From: Hypanus sabinus
Taxonomy: Eukaryota
Length of the DNA: 64,000 bases
Assembly (NCBI RefSeq): GCF_030144855.1
Contig: NC_082728.1
Span: 32,736,001-32,800,000 of the forward strand
Direction: 5' to 3'
Position numbers and translations under genes: made by a program. Position 1 is the first letter of the stretch, and each line of letters opens with the position of its first letter. The notes beneath the pieces were generated by a model. That model searched no databases. It saw only the letters and a program-made list of their open reading frames with translations, and had not been told where the DNA came from. This document shows positions 36,994-50,244 of this stretch, piece after piece.

Positions 36994-39709
36994 CACAAAA
37001 TCATCTCTAGTGCAGTCAATTGGTTTTAGAAGTCACATAATTGGCTGAATGGAGATCACCTATGTGCAGTCAAGGTGTTTCAATTGATTGTAGTAAAAAT
37101 ACATCCGTATCTGGATGGTCCAATTGATGTTTGAGTTTTGAGGGGCTGCAACCACAGGAGAGAGCCGGGTGGGTGGTGGTGCTGGCTATGGATGTTGGGA
37201 AATGGTGTAGCTTCAGGTGGAGGGGAGGATCTGGAAAAGGAACTGGAAATGAAGGGCTCGGGTGAGGGTGGGTTGGTGGGAGGAGGTTGGAAGGAAGTTG
37301 AATCCAGATTTGGAAAACAGAAAAAGAAACATAATATTGGAGTAAATTCAAGTGATGGAGAGGAAGGGATGGATATTTTGAAAAAAAAGGAAAGAAGACT
37401 TCAAGATATTGTTTAAATTTCAACCAGGACAGCTGCCCTTCATCAATCCCATTAAACTAACTACAGAACTAAAAGTGGCCATAGGGAATATAGGTTGTGC
37501 TGGTACTTTAATAGGAGGGAAGGTGTTAATTTTTGGTAAAGATAAAAGTCTGTGCAGGCATTACAATGGAAGACTTTACTTGGTAAAAGGTATTACTTAT
37601 TTTGCCTGTGGAAATTAGAGATTTTAGGGCTGTTGTAATAGGTGTTCCAGTGGAGATTTAGATAGAAGAGGTTAAATCTCATTTATTGGGATGCAAGTTT
37701 AAGGAGGTAAAGAGATTGCAAGTAGTCAGAAATGGGGAAAGGATAGATAATTTGTCTATTTTGATATGTTTTGATGAAGTGAAGCTCCCTGATAAAGTTA
37801 GTTTGGGGCATGTTAGTTATAACGTTTGAGGTTATATTCCTCCCCTGCTTAGATGTTCCAAATCTCAGAGGTTTGGGCATGTTGCAGCAGTATGTCATGG
37901 AAACAAAGATGTAGTGAATGCAGTGTAGTAAATGCAGAACACATAAAATTTAATTGTTGTAATTGTGGAGGAGAACATAGTGCAGCTGCTCGAGGTTGTG
38001 AAATGCTTAAGGCAGCTGAAGTCAAAAGGTTAAAGTACAGTTAGTTGAGTCTTTTGCAGAGGCTGAGCAAAAAGTAAAAGCAAACATTGGTAAATTATTA
38101 CCATAGGCCATATGTTGGCATCAGATTTCACCCACTAAAGATAATTTACTAGTTGATGAACTTTGTTTGTGATATTCATAATGAGTGTGGTGAATTGTAC
38201 TGCGCAGACATAGAAGATACTGAGAAGATTAAAATTATTGTGAAAGCAGCTGAAAAGTACCTGAATATAACAGGTGTTATGTGGGAAGCTGTAAATGATG
38301 AAGCTCTAATGGGTGGGGTATCTGTATTTCAGTCTCCTTGTGAAATACATAATGGGCATAATAATATTACAGTGGAATATAAACCTTGATTTCTAATTGT
38401 CAAGACTTTAAGAAGTTTGTTTCTGATTTATCAACTCCACCTGATATTATATGTATTCAGAAAACCTGGTTGTTACCACATTTAAGTTTTTCCTTGCAGG
38501 GTTATATTGTAATTGGGTGTGATAGATTATTTGGTAGAGGGGGTTGTGTTGCAAGTTTTGTAATGAAAGGGATAGGACATAGATTTGTGGATGTAAATGA
38601 AGTATGTGAGGCACTTGTAATAGAAGTATTTAATTTAACAGGTAGGGGTGTTAAAGTGGTAAATGTTTACAACCCCGGTGCAATGTTTCCTCTAATTTTT
38701 AGTAGTCAGTGTGCACAAAAATCTTAGGTTGTGCAAATTTTTTCCTGTTACAGAAGTATGTGCGCACTGAATGCACATATGGCACAAGTTATATAGATTT
38801 TCAAAATATTTGACACAAAACAGCACAGAATTACAACAAAATAACATGCATATTTAAGTCACTCAGTTATTTTTTTTTCTCTCTCCTCTCTTTGGCATTT
38901 ACCCATTCTTTGTAAACTCTACCTAGACGAATAGAACTTCCATCCAATTGATTGTTTTTGATTCTCATTAACATATCCAAATGACATTCACCTAAACAAT
39001 ATAGGATGCAACTACCAATTAATAAGGCTGAACAATGGACAAGTAGGTGGGACTTTAGACTTTCTGTAGCTAAAACACAAGTTATATGTTCTACAAAGAC
39101 GATCAATAGACTTGCACTCAATTTGATACTGTATAGTCAAACTTTTGAAGAGGTCAGTGGTAAGATTTCTTGGCATGTGGTGGGACAATATGCTGACATG
39201 GAAACACCATATCAGTAAGATAACTGACAAATATAAGAGGCATTAAATATACTTGGTTGTCTATATGGGTCAGAATCCAGATCTCAATCCAATCGAAAAT
39301 TGGTGGCTGGACTTGAAAAGGGCTGTTCATTCACGATCCCCATGTAACCTGACCTAGCTTGAATAGTTTTGACGAAAAGAATGGGGAAACGTTCAGTTCG
39401 CAGATTTGCAAAGGTTTTAGAGATCTATCCACACAGACTGAAACAATGCTGTAATTGCTGCCAAAATTGCACGTACTCAATACTGTCTTGAAGGAAGTTG
39501 AATACTTACGCAAGCAATTATTTTGTCTTTATTTGTAATGAATTCAGATGACTTTGTAGATATCTGTTTCCCCTTTGACACAACAGAGTCTTTTTTTCTG
39601 TTAATCAGTATCAAATAAGCCAAATTAAATTCACTGTGATTCAATGTTGTAAAACAATAAAACATAAAAATGTCTGGTAGGGGGTGGTGTATAATTTTTA
39701 TCGCCACTG
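36994..39709 (+). mobile_element. Tc1/mariner remnant split by the Nimb LINE (5' piece ~36994-37130, 3' piece 39270-39709)
   Basis: 39270 onward resembles the Tc1 transposase end (QNPDLNPIEN.W.DLKRAVHSRSP..). The right terminus ...cactg at 39709 is followed by TA. 36994-37130 resembles Tc1 5' internal sequence. Confidence 0.7.
37130..39270 (+). mobile_element. Nimb/I-clade LINE remnant (gag-like ORF1 with zinc knuckles, APE endonuclease, RT C-terminus)
   Basis: PPLRCS..QRFGHVAAVCH..CSECS..CCNCGGEHSA knuckles; PDIICIQKTWL..DRLFGRGGCVASFV endonuclease; AINKAEQWTSRWDFRLSVAKTQVI RT end. Large internal deletion. Confidence 0.8.
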
Positions 39710-40403
39710 TACATAGAAATGAATGATGCATTTTTTGATAAAGTATCATACTACACATATCAATAGAATAGACCAATAGAGCAGTTTCCAAAGAAAATCT
39801 CTTCAATGGCCTTCTGCTTTGAGCTGACAGCCTGAGATTGTTGAGGCAATATCAATGGAAGGGACAATCAAGTTAGTTTACAGAACAAATAATTAAGTGG
39901 CCTGTCATTGTTAATAAATAGTTTGCAATTTGGAAATTTTTTATAAATCAGAGATCTTCTGTGTTTTTTTTGTAATTTTTTTTATTGAAGTTCATCATCA
40001 AACAAGCATTTCCATAAGATGTATTTCAGACATTGTACATATATATCATATATGTCACAAATCTCCACAAAGTATTTATCTGAGGGATACACTTATAGAA
40101 AAGAGTGGAAAGAAAAGAAGCAAGCAAAAGAAAAGAACTATGTACAAATAGGGAGTGATTTTTTTTTTTACAACAGATTCATTGATTTGTGAGAATAAAA
40201 TCAGGCCTATGAGGCATTATGTAGTTAAACCATTTTTCCCAGTATGAATCAAATTGTTCCAGCTTATGATTAACAGATGCTGTTATCTTCTCCATTTTAT
40301 AAATGTCCATTGTAATTTCCATCCATGTATTTAAAGTTGGGCTCTCCTGTGATAACCATTTCCTAGTAAGAGTCTTTTTACCAGCCACCAACAGTATATT
40401 CAT

Positions 40404-40455
40404 TATATAATATAATATAATATAATATAATATTATATATTATAATATATTATAT
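40404..40455. repeat. (AATAT)n microsatellite inside L1
   Basis: Direct reading. Confidence 0.9.
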
Positions 40456-43400
40456 TCATTAAATATTTATCTCTTTTCAACCGTACAAAATATATGGTCT
40501 TACTCTCTAATGGTATTTCACATTTAAGAATGTCTTGTAGGGCATTGTGTATCCCCCTCCAATAGTTTTTGATAACGGGGCAGTCCCAAAAATTATGATA
40601 ATGATTTTCATTTTGAGTTCCACAGTTTCTCCAGCAAACAGGGAGGTTACTATCATAATGGGATTTCTGAGAGGGTGTAATAAAATATCTTATCAAGTTT
40701 TTCCATCCATTTCTGTGAACTGGTATACTTCCATTGATATCTCCATATTGTTGTCCATTCTTCCTCAGATATAATTATCCCTCCTTCCTTCTCCCATTTT
40801 GTTTTAATGTATGAAGTAGAATGTGTTTTAAGATTTGACAACCCCTTATACATGCTTGAAATGACTCTACTACCATTATCTGAATTATATGCTTTTCTAA
40901 AGAACTCTATTAAGCATGTATTTGCCTTGGTTACATTTTAAAGCATCTTATTAACCTATTGTCGCATCTGTAAATACTGATAAAAATTTTGTGTTTCTAT
41001 TAAGAGTTTCTCTTTAAGCATTTCAAAACTGAACAGTGTTCCTTCTTTCATTATGTTGCAAAGAACTGTTATTCCTTTAGCTGTTCAGTCCTTAAATCTA
41101 GCATCCAACTTATTTGGTGTAAAATCTGAGTCATATGCACACCATTTAAGAATTGCAATATTTCCCTCTAGGTTATATTGTTTTATAGTATTTTTCCATA
41201 TTTTAAGAGTCAATTTCACCCATGGGTTATCAATAGTATTTATGCACCTTTGTAGGTTGTTATCAGCCAAAGTTGCTTGTATGGGGATGGGAAGTACCCG
41301 CTCCTTAATGTTTTTCCATTGAGCGTCATATGATGGGTTGCACCAACATATCACATCTCTCAACTGTGCTGCAAAATAATAATCTCTAAGAGAAGGTAGG
41401 CCCCATTCCCGCTTTTCCTTTACTAATTGCAAGGTTTTGAGATGAACTCTAGGCCTTTTATCCTGCCAAATTGAATTGATTTTGATTAATCTCTATTGGT
41501 AGGGTCTGAAAGAGATATAATAGTCTGGGCAGTATATTCATTTTAATGGACTCAATCCTTGAACTGAGACTGAAAAAAGGAATCAGGTTCCATCTTGCCA
41601 CATCTTCCTTAATTTTTCTATATAAAGGCTGATGATTACATTCTGATAATTTTGCCAAATCTTTTGGCATAATGTTGCCCAAGTATTTGAAGGACTCTGT
41701 GTGCCATGCCAAGGGGTATTGACTTTCAATTTCTCTTGGTGGGCTATTGTAATATGAAAGTAATTTGGTTTTATCTGTGTTCATCTTGTATCCTGATAAT
41801 TGACCATATTATTCAACAGATTGCATCAACTTAGGTAAAGAGTATGTTGGTTGCCCTAGATAAATCAAAATGTCATCCGCATAACAAGCCAATTTATGCT
41901 GTCCCCTTAATAATAATTCCCCTGATATTTTCATTTTGTCTGATGTATTGAGCTAATGATCCCAGATATAACACGAAGAGTAGTGCTGACCATGCACAAC
42001 CCTGAATATTTGATAAATATCCATTGATTTTAATCTTAGCAATAGGATTATCATACAGTGTCTGTATAGTTTTAATAATTGTGTCCTGGAAACCAAACCT
42101 TTGTAAAACTCGGTAAAGAAAATTCCAATTAACTGAATCAAGTGCTTTTTCAGCATCCACGCTTATCACTATTGCTTTGATTTTATTTTTTTGTATATGA
42201 TCCATAATGTGAAGTGTCCTTCATATATTGTCTTGAGTCTGGCGTTGTCATATAAAACCTGTCTGATCAATATGTATCAGTATGGGTAGAAATTCCTCTA
42301 ATCGTTTGGCCATAATGGAGGTAAATAACCTATAATCTACATTAAGAATGGATATTGGTCTAAATAACCCGCATTCCATTTTATCCTTGCCTTCTTTCGG
42401 TATAGCTGAGATTATCGCTTCCTTCCAACTGGGTGGCATTTGTGCCTTTTTTAGAGCCCAGTTCAGTGTGGGGAGTAAAACAGGAATTAAATCATTTATA
42501 AATTCTTCGTACCACTCTGCCGTATACCCGTCTGATCCTGGTGACTTGCTTAATTTTTGCCTACTAATTGCAGCTTTTAATTCAACTTCAGTTATGTCAG
42601 CAGTCATCGTTCTATTTTGTTCTTCGCTTAAAGTGGGTAACTCTAGAGAATTCAAGAAGGTGTCAATTTGGGTTATGCTTCCCCCGGAACTTTGCAATAT
42701 AGAGTTTTGTAAAACACTTCAAAAGCTTCTTGAATTTCACTTAGCTTAGTTTTTATTATTTTCATTCTTGGGTCCCGAATTCTATGAATTGTATTTTCTG
42801 CTATTTTTTTTTCAATTTCCACGCCACTATTTTCATAGATTTCGATTCACTTTCATAATGTCTCGGTTTCAGAAACACTAAGTTTTTCCTGATTTTTTGC
42901 GTAGCCAAATTATTTATACCATTCCTAATTATTTAATTTCCGCCAATGTATCCTGTACCAAATTCAATTTGTGATTTTTCTCCAGTTCCTTCAGAATATT
43001 TTGTAATTCCTCTAATGTTTTACTCTTTATTTTTTTCTTATATGAAGATATCGCTATAATTTTCCCTCTTAAGACCTCCTTCAGAGTATTTTGTAGGTCA
43101 AAATCAACAGATAAATATATAGTTGCATGGTCACTTACATCTATTGTCCCAATTCCACAGGTGTTCATTTTGTTTTTGTCTTTTCCAAATGTTATGATAT
43201 AATCTATTCTTGTATATACAGAATGGGGGGGCGCAGAATAATGAGTGTAATCCCTTCTGTCAGGGAAAAGTTGCCGCCATATATCAATTAAACCAACATC
43301 CTCAAAAAGTGTATTAACTTTCTTATGTAAAGATTTTGTTTCATAGGTTTTTCTATTGGAAGAGTCTAAGTTAAGTTGTAATCGTAAACTTAAGTCTCCC

Positions 43401-44032
43401 CCACATATCAGGAGACCTTCTGTTTCCGTTACCATAATATTAGTAATTTTCTGAAAGAAACCAATATCACTTCCCGGGGGTGCATATATATTCAATAGAG
43501 TAACTGAATTGCCATCTATTTTCCCCTTTACCAGAATATATCTGCCCTCTTTATCTCCCATTTCGAATACTATTTCAAAATCTAGCTTACTAAAGATAAA
43601 AATAGCAACTCCTCTCCTATGTCTTGATTTATTTGAGGAGAAAAACAGATTAGTGAAGCCCATTCTCTTTTGTTTTTTTATGCTCGTTATCACTGAAATG
43701 AGTTTCCTGTAAATATACTACATGGGCTTGTTCTTTTTTCATTTTGGATAAAATTCTCTTTCGTTTGATTGGATTTAATAGCCCACTGACATTAAAAGAA
43801 ATGAATTTTACCTAGTCCTTAGCCATCTGTATTTATCTGTCAATATATCATTGAAATTAGAATAAAACTTAATCGATCTACTCCCTGAACAAATAAGAAC
43901 CGAGAAACACAAATAATTAAAAAAATGGCAACGAACGTGTGATTCCAAGGCTGAGGTCTCTAGTAGATGACCCTGCGTTGAGCTAGTGGAAATGTCTAGC
44001 AGTGGGGGATAACCCCTCCTACTTGTGAGTTG

Positions 44033-44033
<1 letters not shown>

Positions 44034-44073
<40 letters not shown>

Positions 44074-44100
44074 TTACATACATACACATATGCACACATA
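44034..44100. repeat. (TA)n(CA)n compound microsatellite
   Basis: Direct reading. Confidence 0.95.
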
Positions 44101-44966
44101 TATATATTCTCATTTTGGTGGGGAAGAAGGAGTAAGTCAACGAGTAAAGAATAACAACTAAGTAATATAAACTCCACATTATAATAAATATTTCTTGAGG
44201 TACATATCACTGTGTACTTTTGCTTCCGTTTTGCTTCTCAACATTTTTAAAGTTAGCCAAACCTTATGGCTCTTCTGAAGGGGGTGAGGACAGTCTTTGT
44301 GTCTCTTCCTGATATATTTCTATCAGCCTCCTCCCGTCTCCTGCCTTCTCAATTCTCGCACTATTTCCCAAGTGGAGCGGGATAATATCTCAGCCAGGCT
44401 TTCCCTCGTTTTGGTCATGCTGACAGGCAACCTTCATATCTGTAGTCGCCTCTTCCACTGTCTGGTACAACCGCGTCCTGTTGTCATAAAACACTTGAAG
44501 TTTAGCAGGGTACGGAGTTTGAAATCTAATCTTATTTTGCTTTAGTACTTGCTTTACTTCAGAGTATTCTTTGCATTTCTGGAGGACCGCGGGGGGGTGG
44601 GGGGGGGTAATCTTGGTCAAAATATATTCATTTATCCTCTACAAACACTCTCTTCTTACCTCAGGCCCTTCATAGAATCTCCGCCTTGGTGCTGTACCGA
44701 AGGAATTCAATTATTATTGAGCGTGGCTTTCTATCCTGGGTAGGTATTGGGACTAACACGCGGTGGGATCTTTTGACTTCCAGCTTCAGAGCCGGGGGGA
44801 AGCTCCAGCTTACAATACAATAGTAAGAAATGAGATGGAAAAGAAGCTGAATAGAACAGATGTGTTCTATAGACCAGAATGCCAGCATGGGTTCAGAAAG
44901 GGGAAACCATGTTTTACTAATACGCTGGAGTTCTATAAAGAGGCAACTAAAGTTTATGATAACAAC

Positions 44967-45521
44967 TGTCATGTACCCCGTGATGGGTTAAAGAACCAGC
45001 AGAACTGGAAAACACATTGGATTCTGGTATTGCTAATAACTAATAGTGTTTGTTAGTAACTACGCAATATGGTAATATAAATACAGATATATCAAACAGG
45101 TTAGCAATGATATATATAAATACATAAGTGTGAAAATAGGAACAAAACTAGGCTATCTCAAACCTAGGTGTGAATGGATATAGTCTTACGATGATGAAGA
45201 GAGTTCAGTTCTGTTCGAGGTAGTTAATTGAGTAACATTGGAGAGGGAGGTGAAAGTGAGCTGATGCAATTGATCTTCCCGTTGTCTTCTGAAATCCCCG
45301 TTGTCCTCCAAAATCCTGTTGAAGACACCGACTGTGAACATAACACGTACGACCGTTTTTCAGTGATGGAATTATCACCCAGGCGAGGGTGGACACACAG
45401 ATAATTCCCCACAGGTTGCACCTTTTCAAACTGCAAGAGCCACTGATCGATTTCCCTGAATCAATTCTCCAATAATCCCACCTTCCTGTGGGTACATTAA
45501 AGCTCGTCCAGTGTCCAACAC

Positions 45522-45570
<49 letters not shown>

Positions 45571-45924
45571 CAGCGGACCTGGATTTTTATCTCCACATGT
45601 TGGACACCAGCTGTCCATCAACCTGCTCCCCCCTGCTCTCTCTGCAAGAGCTTTTCAAGCAGGCAAGTGTCCTTGTGGAAAGGTAAACAACTTGTTCAGA
45701 AACCATANNNNNNNNNNNNNNNNNNNNNNNNNNNNNNNNNNNNNNNNNNNNNNNNNNNNNNNNNNNNNNNNNNNNNNNNNNNNNNNNNNNNNNNNNNNNN
45801 NNNNNNNNNNNNNNNNNNNNNNNNNNNNNNNNNNNNNNNNNNTCTCTCTGTTAATAGCAGCACAGTTCACAGGGTCAATTCTGGACCCCATCACAAACTA
45901 GGGTCATTTCTGAACCCCGTCACA
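44967..45924. mobile_element. LTR (apparently solo) with 4-bp TSD, containing an assembly gap and (GT)n at 45524-45568
   Basis: TGTCA...TCACA termini; CAAC at 44963-44966 and 45925-45928. Confidence 0.8.
45708..45842. other. Assembly gap (135 N)
   Basis: Run of N. Confidence 1.
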
Positions 45925-46568
45925 CAACAGAGTGGTTGAAATCACTTGCATGGACTTTCAGAAGCCTTTGACATGAGAGGTTAATAATTAAGTTTAAGAA
46001 GGTAGGGATTCTGAGTAAGGTGTGTGAATGGATGGGAATTGGCTCAGAAACAGAAAACATCAAGTTAAGTTGAGAGGATCATTTTCACACCTAGAAGATG
46101 TTAAAATGGGGTTCAGCAGGGATCAGCTTTGGGACTGCAGCTGTTTTTAATATGCATTAATGATTTGGATAAGCACATAACAAATAAACTGATAAAATTT
46201 ACCGATGATACAAAATTAGGTAGGTGGGCTATTAACATTCAGTCAACAGAATCAACAAGTTAGAGCAAAAAACACAATCTAGATGTGGGCAGATGAATGG
46301 CAGATGAAATTTAATGTAAGTAAATGTACGATATTACATAAGGGAGGTAGAAATATTAGATACAAGTATACAATGGTGGGGATCTAGAGCTGGAAAGTCC
46401 ACAGTATGAGAAGGATTTGGGTGCATTGGTAGACTCATCACTATCAACATCTAGACAATGCACAGAAGAGATTAGGAAGGTTAATAGAGCGTTGGTCTAT
46501 GTAATATGCTTAGTGGAGTTCAAGTCAAGATACATTCTCCTTAAGCTGTTTAATGCTCTTGTGAGGTC

Positions 46569-47518
46569 TGTTACGTAACCCGTAACTGGGTGTCTGACCA
46601 GCAGAGAAAGAAGAATCCATTGGAGTCTGGTGATACCATATTTAAAGGTGTTTATTAATAAAAATAAGCAAAACCATATCAGTAATGCAAATATACTTAC
46701 AACACAAGGTAGCAGTAAAAACATAAAAGTGTAGGAATAATAATAATAATAAGCAATAATAAACAAGCTCTATCGATATCTAGGGGTAAATTAACTGTCA
46801 TAAAAGAAGTATAAAGTTTTGTTCAGTTCATGAGTGCTGAGGTAGTTATGCTTGTTGAGTTGTAATTGTTGGAGAGAGAGAGAGAGCGAGAGATTAAGCA
46901 GTTGCAGTCAGCAAACCTTCCTGTTGCCTTTTGATTCCGTTGCACCGTTGTTGTGGTGGTCATTCAGCTATGACCCCTCCATCCTTCTGCTAGACTGTTC
47001 TTCTGTGGTGGACTCATCACACTGGCATGAGTGGACACACACACAAATCCCCACTGGCCCTGTTGTAACACTGTGAGCTTTACTGACTGACCCCCTGGTT
47101 CGGTCTCCGAAGCCCCCACCTTTCTTGTGGGTTCCAACCCTCAATCAGTGTCCACTGGCGTGTCTGAAGGGTGTCTCTCCAGACCTGTCTTTTTATCCCT
47201 ACTAACAGAGTCTCAGCTATCCATCAATTCTGAATGACTGTGTCCATCAAATCATGCCACTCGTACAGTCCACTGAGGAATGTTAACAAGCAAACTATTG
47301 TCCTTGCAGTGAAACAGTAAATAATTCAAAAGGAGTCACAACACAGTTAATCAGCAATCTCCCTCTCTCTCTCACCTGTCGCAGATGTTCTTGCCTGTTT
47401 TTTGTCTCTCTTTCTCATTGTCAGCATAGCAAAACAGTAATAGTTTGTGGTTCTCGGGGGGGGGGGATGGTTAACTCTGTACCCCATTGTCCATCAGGTC
47501 TGTTCATCACTCATAACA
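46569..47518. mobile_element. Solo LTR (950 bp) with 4-bp TSD
   Basis: TGTTA...TAACA termini; GGTC at 46565-46568 and 47519-47522. The host LINE frame (VR|SHLEF) is continuous across it. Confidence 0.9.
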
Positions 47519-48049
47519 GGTCACACCTTGAATTCTGTGTACAATTTTGGTCTCCATTTTGTGTGAGGAATGTGAAGTCACTTAAGAGAGTACAGAGAAG
47601 GGAGACTAGATTCATTCTAGGTCTGCAGGGTTTGAGCTCTGAAGAAAGATTGAAAGAATTAAATATTTTTAGCCTAAGTAAATGTAGAATGAAAGGAGTC
47701 ATGATATAGGTGTTCAAAATCATTAAGGGTATAAATAAAGAGGGTGCCAGCTATTAATTCAAAATTAATCCATCGTCAAGGACACGAGGCCATAAGTGTT
47801 GACTGGTTAAAGAGAGGTTTCAGACTAACATCAGGAAGCATTTCTTTACACAGCAAGTGGATACATGGAACAAACTACCTAGTTGTGGAATTGAGTGCAG
47901 TACCTTAGAAACTTCTAAATCTAAGCTCGGTAGTTACTTCAACACACTATGAATAGGAATTTAGCAAGCATAATTGAGCCGAATAGCCTGTTGTCAAAAA
48001 TTTTTTAATGTTCTCATGCCCAACTGAGAGAGGCTTGGAAATTGGAAGG

Positions 48050-49400
48050 GTTGTGATGACTAATGTTGAACTTCAATAGAGATAACATGGACAAAAATGT
48101 GGAGACCACTGATTTGACTTTGATAAGATTCATAACATTTCATTGCAATTGAAGATTTATTTCACAAAACTTAGCAACTAATTTTATCAAACAAGCAATG
48201 TCATGCCTAATATTCTTATGTTTTTCACTGAATGAAGCATTCCAGTGTTCAAAGAGTTTTATCACAATTTCAAAAAGCCCATAAAAGCGTCTCTGGCAGG
48301 TTCCTTTTGAGAGCCACCTGACTTCTCTGTGCAACAGCAGGCATTCAAACTGTTCATTATTCTCAATACAAAGCTCTCTAAATTTCTAGAACTGAGAATA
48401 TGGGACATTATTTTATTTACTGCTGAAATATCAATATTTAATGATTTCTTTGGCCAGTCACTTAGATATTTTGTTACAAGATGTTGTCTATAAATTACAA
48501 AGTAAATGGTAAATATGTTAGGTACATATTCCTCAAGAAGGTAATAATTCCATGGCGTTGTCCTGTCAGTGATGCTTCCCCATCTGTTGCACAAGCAAGA
48601 ATTTTGGTGAGCGGAATGTCTTGCTCTTTGAAAAGTGTTCAACAACCTGAAATATTGACTCCTTCCTTTCTGTTTCTTACCCCCTCGTAAATAACAACTC
48701 ATGAGCCAAGCATTCATCTTCTTTGACACAAACAAAACCAAGAAGCAACAATTCTTTGCCTGGCGAAGTTTACTCATCCAACTGCAGAGCAAATTCTAAT
48801 ACCCTAAGCATATTGCCTAATACGTCTTCCACTTTCTCAGCCAATTCATGTATTTGTCTTTGAACAGAGTTGGCGAGTGGAATGGCTTCAATTATTTGAT
48901 GCGGTGACTTATGTGAAACCACACTCAGAACTTCCCTTACTACTGGCAGAATCAGTTTTTCTTCAATTATAGGGGGGGGGGGGGGTCCAGAATATTGTAT
49001 GAGGCATGCAAACCATCATTGATTTGTTAAGAGCTAGCAAGCATGTTTTGAAAATGTTTCCATTTCTGAAAGTTTCCACAAAGTGACTGAAAATAAGGCA
49101 AGTTCTTGCTTGCTTTGTCAACCTTAAATTTCAAGGCAATATTTACTCATGTTTCATCTTACAAGTTCACTCAGCTATTGTTCTTTCAAAAGCGCAACAT
49201 GATTGAAAATGCATTGATAGGATCCAAGCAAGGCTGAGTTTATTCTTGCTTCTGATTGTTCATGAAGAGCTGCTGCTGAGCTATTGTTTCCGAATTGCCA
49301 AGACCGTGCAGTAAAACTGTTGTCATAAAGCTGCTGAGTGAGAAATTGTGTATTTATATCCAGCAATGAGGAAGGCATAGCGATGCATTTTCAATTCAAG
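48050..49400 (-). mobile_element. hAT (Charlie/Buster-like) transposase remnant
   Basis: HREVRWLSKGTCQRRFYGLFE and FVIYRQHLVTKYLS..SAVNKI motifs match hAT-Charlie (HTEVRWLSxG; HCxxHRxxL). Confidence 0.8.
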
Positions 49401-49719
49401 ATAGAATGTGATTTGGAAGGGAAATTGAAAGGACAGCAGGTTACCATGTCACTTGCCACCCTCATCCATCTACGTCACACTCATTGCACCCTTGGGAGCT
49501 GCCTTGAGGTAGCACAGAAACTTTTTTGTAATTCAGAAAAAATAACAGATTTTTTAAGACAATGGATCCAGAATGGAACTGAGATCCATTGTGTTATAAA
49601 TCTGCTTTGTTTCCTGAATTTCAGCAGTTTGATGTGTTGAAAGTATTGGATAATTCCCTGTGAATACCACAGGCTCATTCCTATTGTTGAAAAAGTACCA
49701 GTTTTTGGAGTTTGAGGGA

Positions 49720-50240
49720 ACTTGGTATGTCATCAAAGACTTACAATTTTATTTTACAGATACACCGAGGAGAACATTCTAACACGTTGCTTCAGTGTCT
49801 GGTGGCCACTGCACAGGATCAGAAAAAGCGACAGGAGGTTGCAAGCTCAGCCAGCTCCATCATGGGTACTAGCCTCCCCAGCATCGAGGGCATCTTCACA
49901 AGCCTTTAGCCCAAAACGAGCCCCATGACCCAAACATGCCCTCGGCTCAAGGGGGAGTTACTCAAGCCTAAAGGTACATACTAAATGTTTCAAGAACAAC
50001 TTTAATGTCACAATTTTCATCAGCTTGTTGACATGGAGCAACCACTCCCCACTGAACATCAACGGCTCCTCGGTAGAGATCGCTAAGAGCACCAAATTTC
50101 TTGGTGTTCACCTGGTGGAGAATCTCACCTGGTCCCTCAACACCAGCTCCATAGCAAAGAAAGCCCAGCAACATCTCTATTTTCTGCTAAGTCTGAGGAA
50201 AGTCCATCTCCCACCCCCCCATCCTCCTCACATTCTACAG
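49720..50240 (+). mobile_element. Rex1-like LINE fragments
   Basis: HSPLNINGSSVEIAKSTKFLGVHL..LTWSLNT..AKKAQQHLYFL. Confidence 0.7.
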
Positions 50241-50244
50241 GGGA

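Larger units (their letters stand above)
39960..44790 (-). mobile_element. L1 LINE, 5'-truncated within ORF1, decayed
   Basis: Poly(A) tail as T-runs at 39960-39985. ORF2 ATG at 43826 (FISFNVSGL..QETH..LLNIYAP..GD..SDH; SPGSDG..FRPISILNVDY; ISVDAEKALD; KYLG). ORF1 C-terminus PRSIIIEFLRY..RFQTPYPAKL. Confidence 0.92.
44800..48000 (+). mobile_element. Old CR1/L2-type LINE RT-to-3' fragment carrying two solo LTR insertions
   Basis: QHGFRKGKPCFTNTLEFY before 44966 continues as ..V.I..MDFQKPL after 45925; ..VRSHLEFCVQFWSP after 47519. Confidence 0.8.

Noticed and set aside
39950-44810. Intact, active L1 or an L1 TSD
   Set aside because: ORF2 is split over many frames, ORF1 is 5'-truncated, and no flanking duplication was found.
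45205-45939. ORFs with TH/CV repeats and X runs
   Set aside because: Produced by the (GT)n microsatellite and the N gap inside an LTR.
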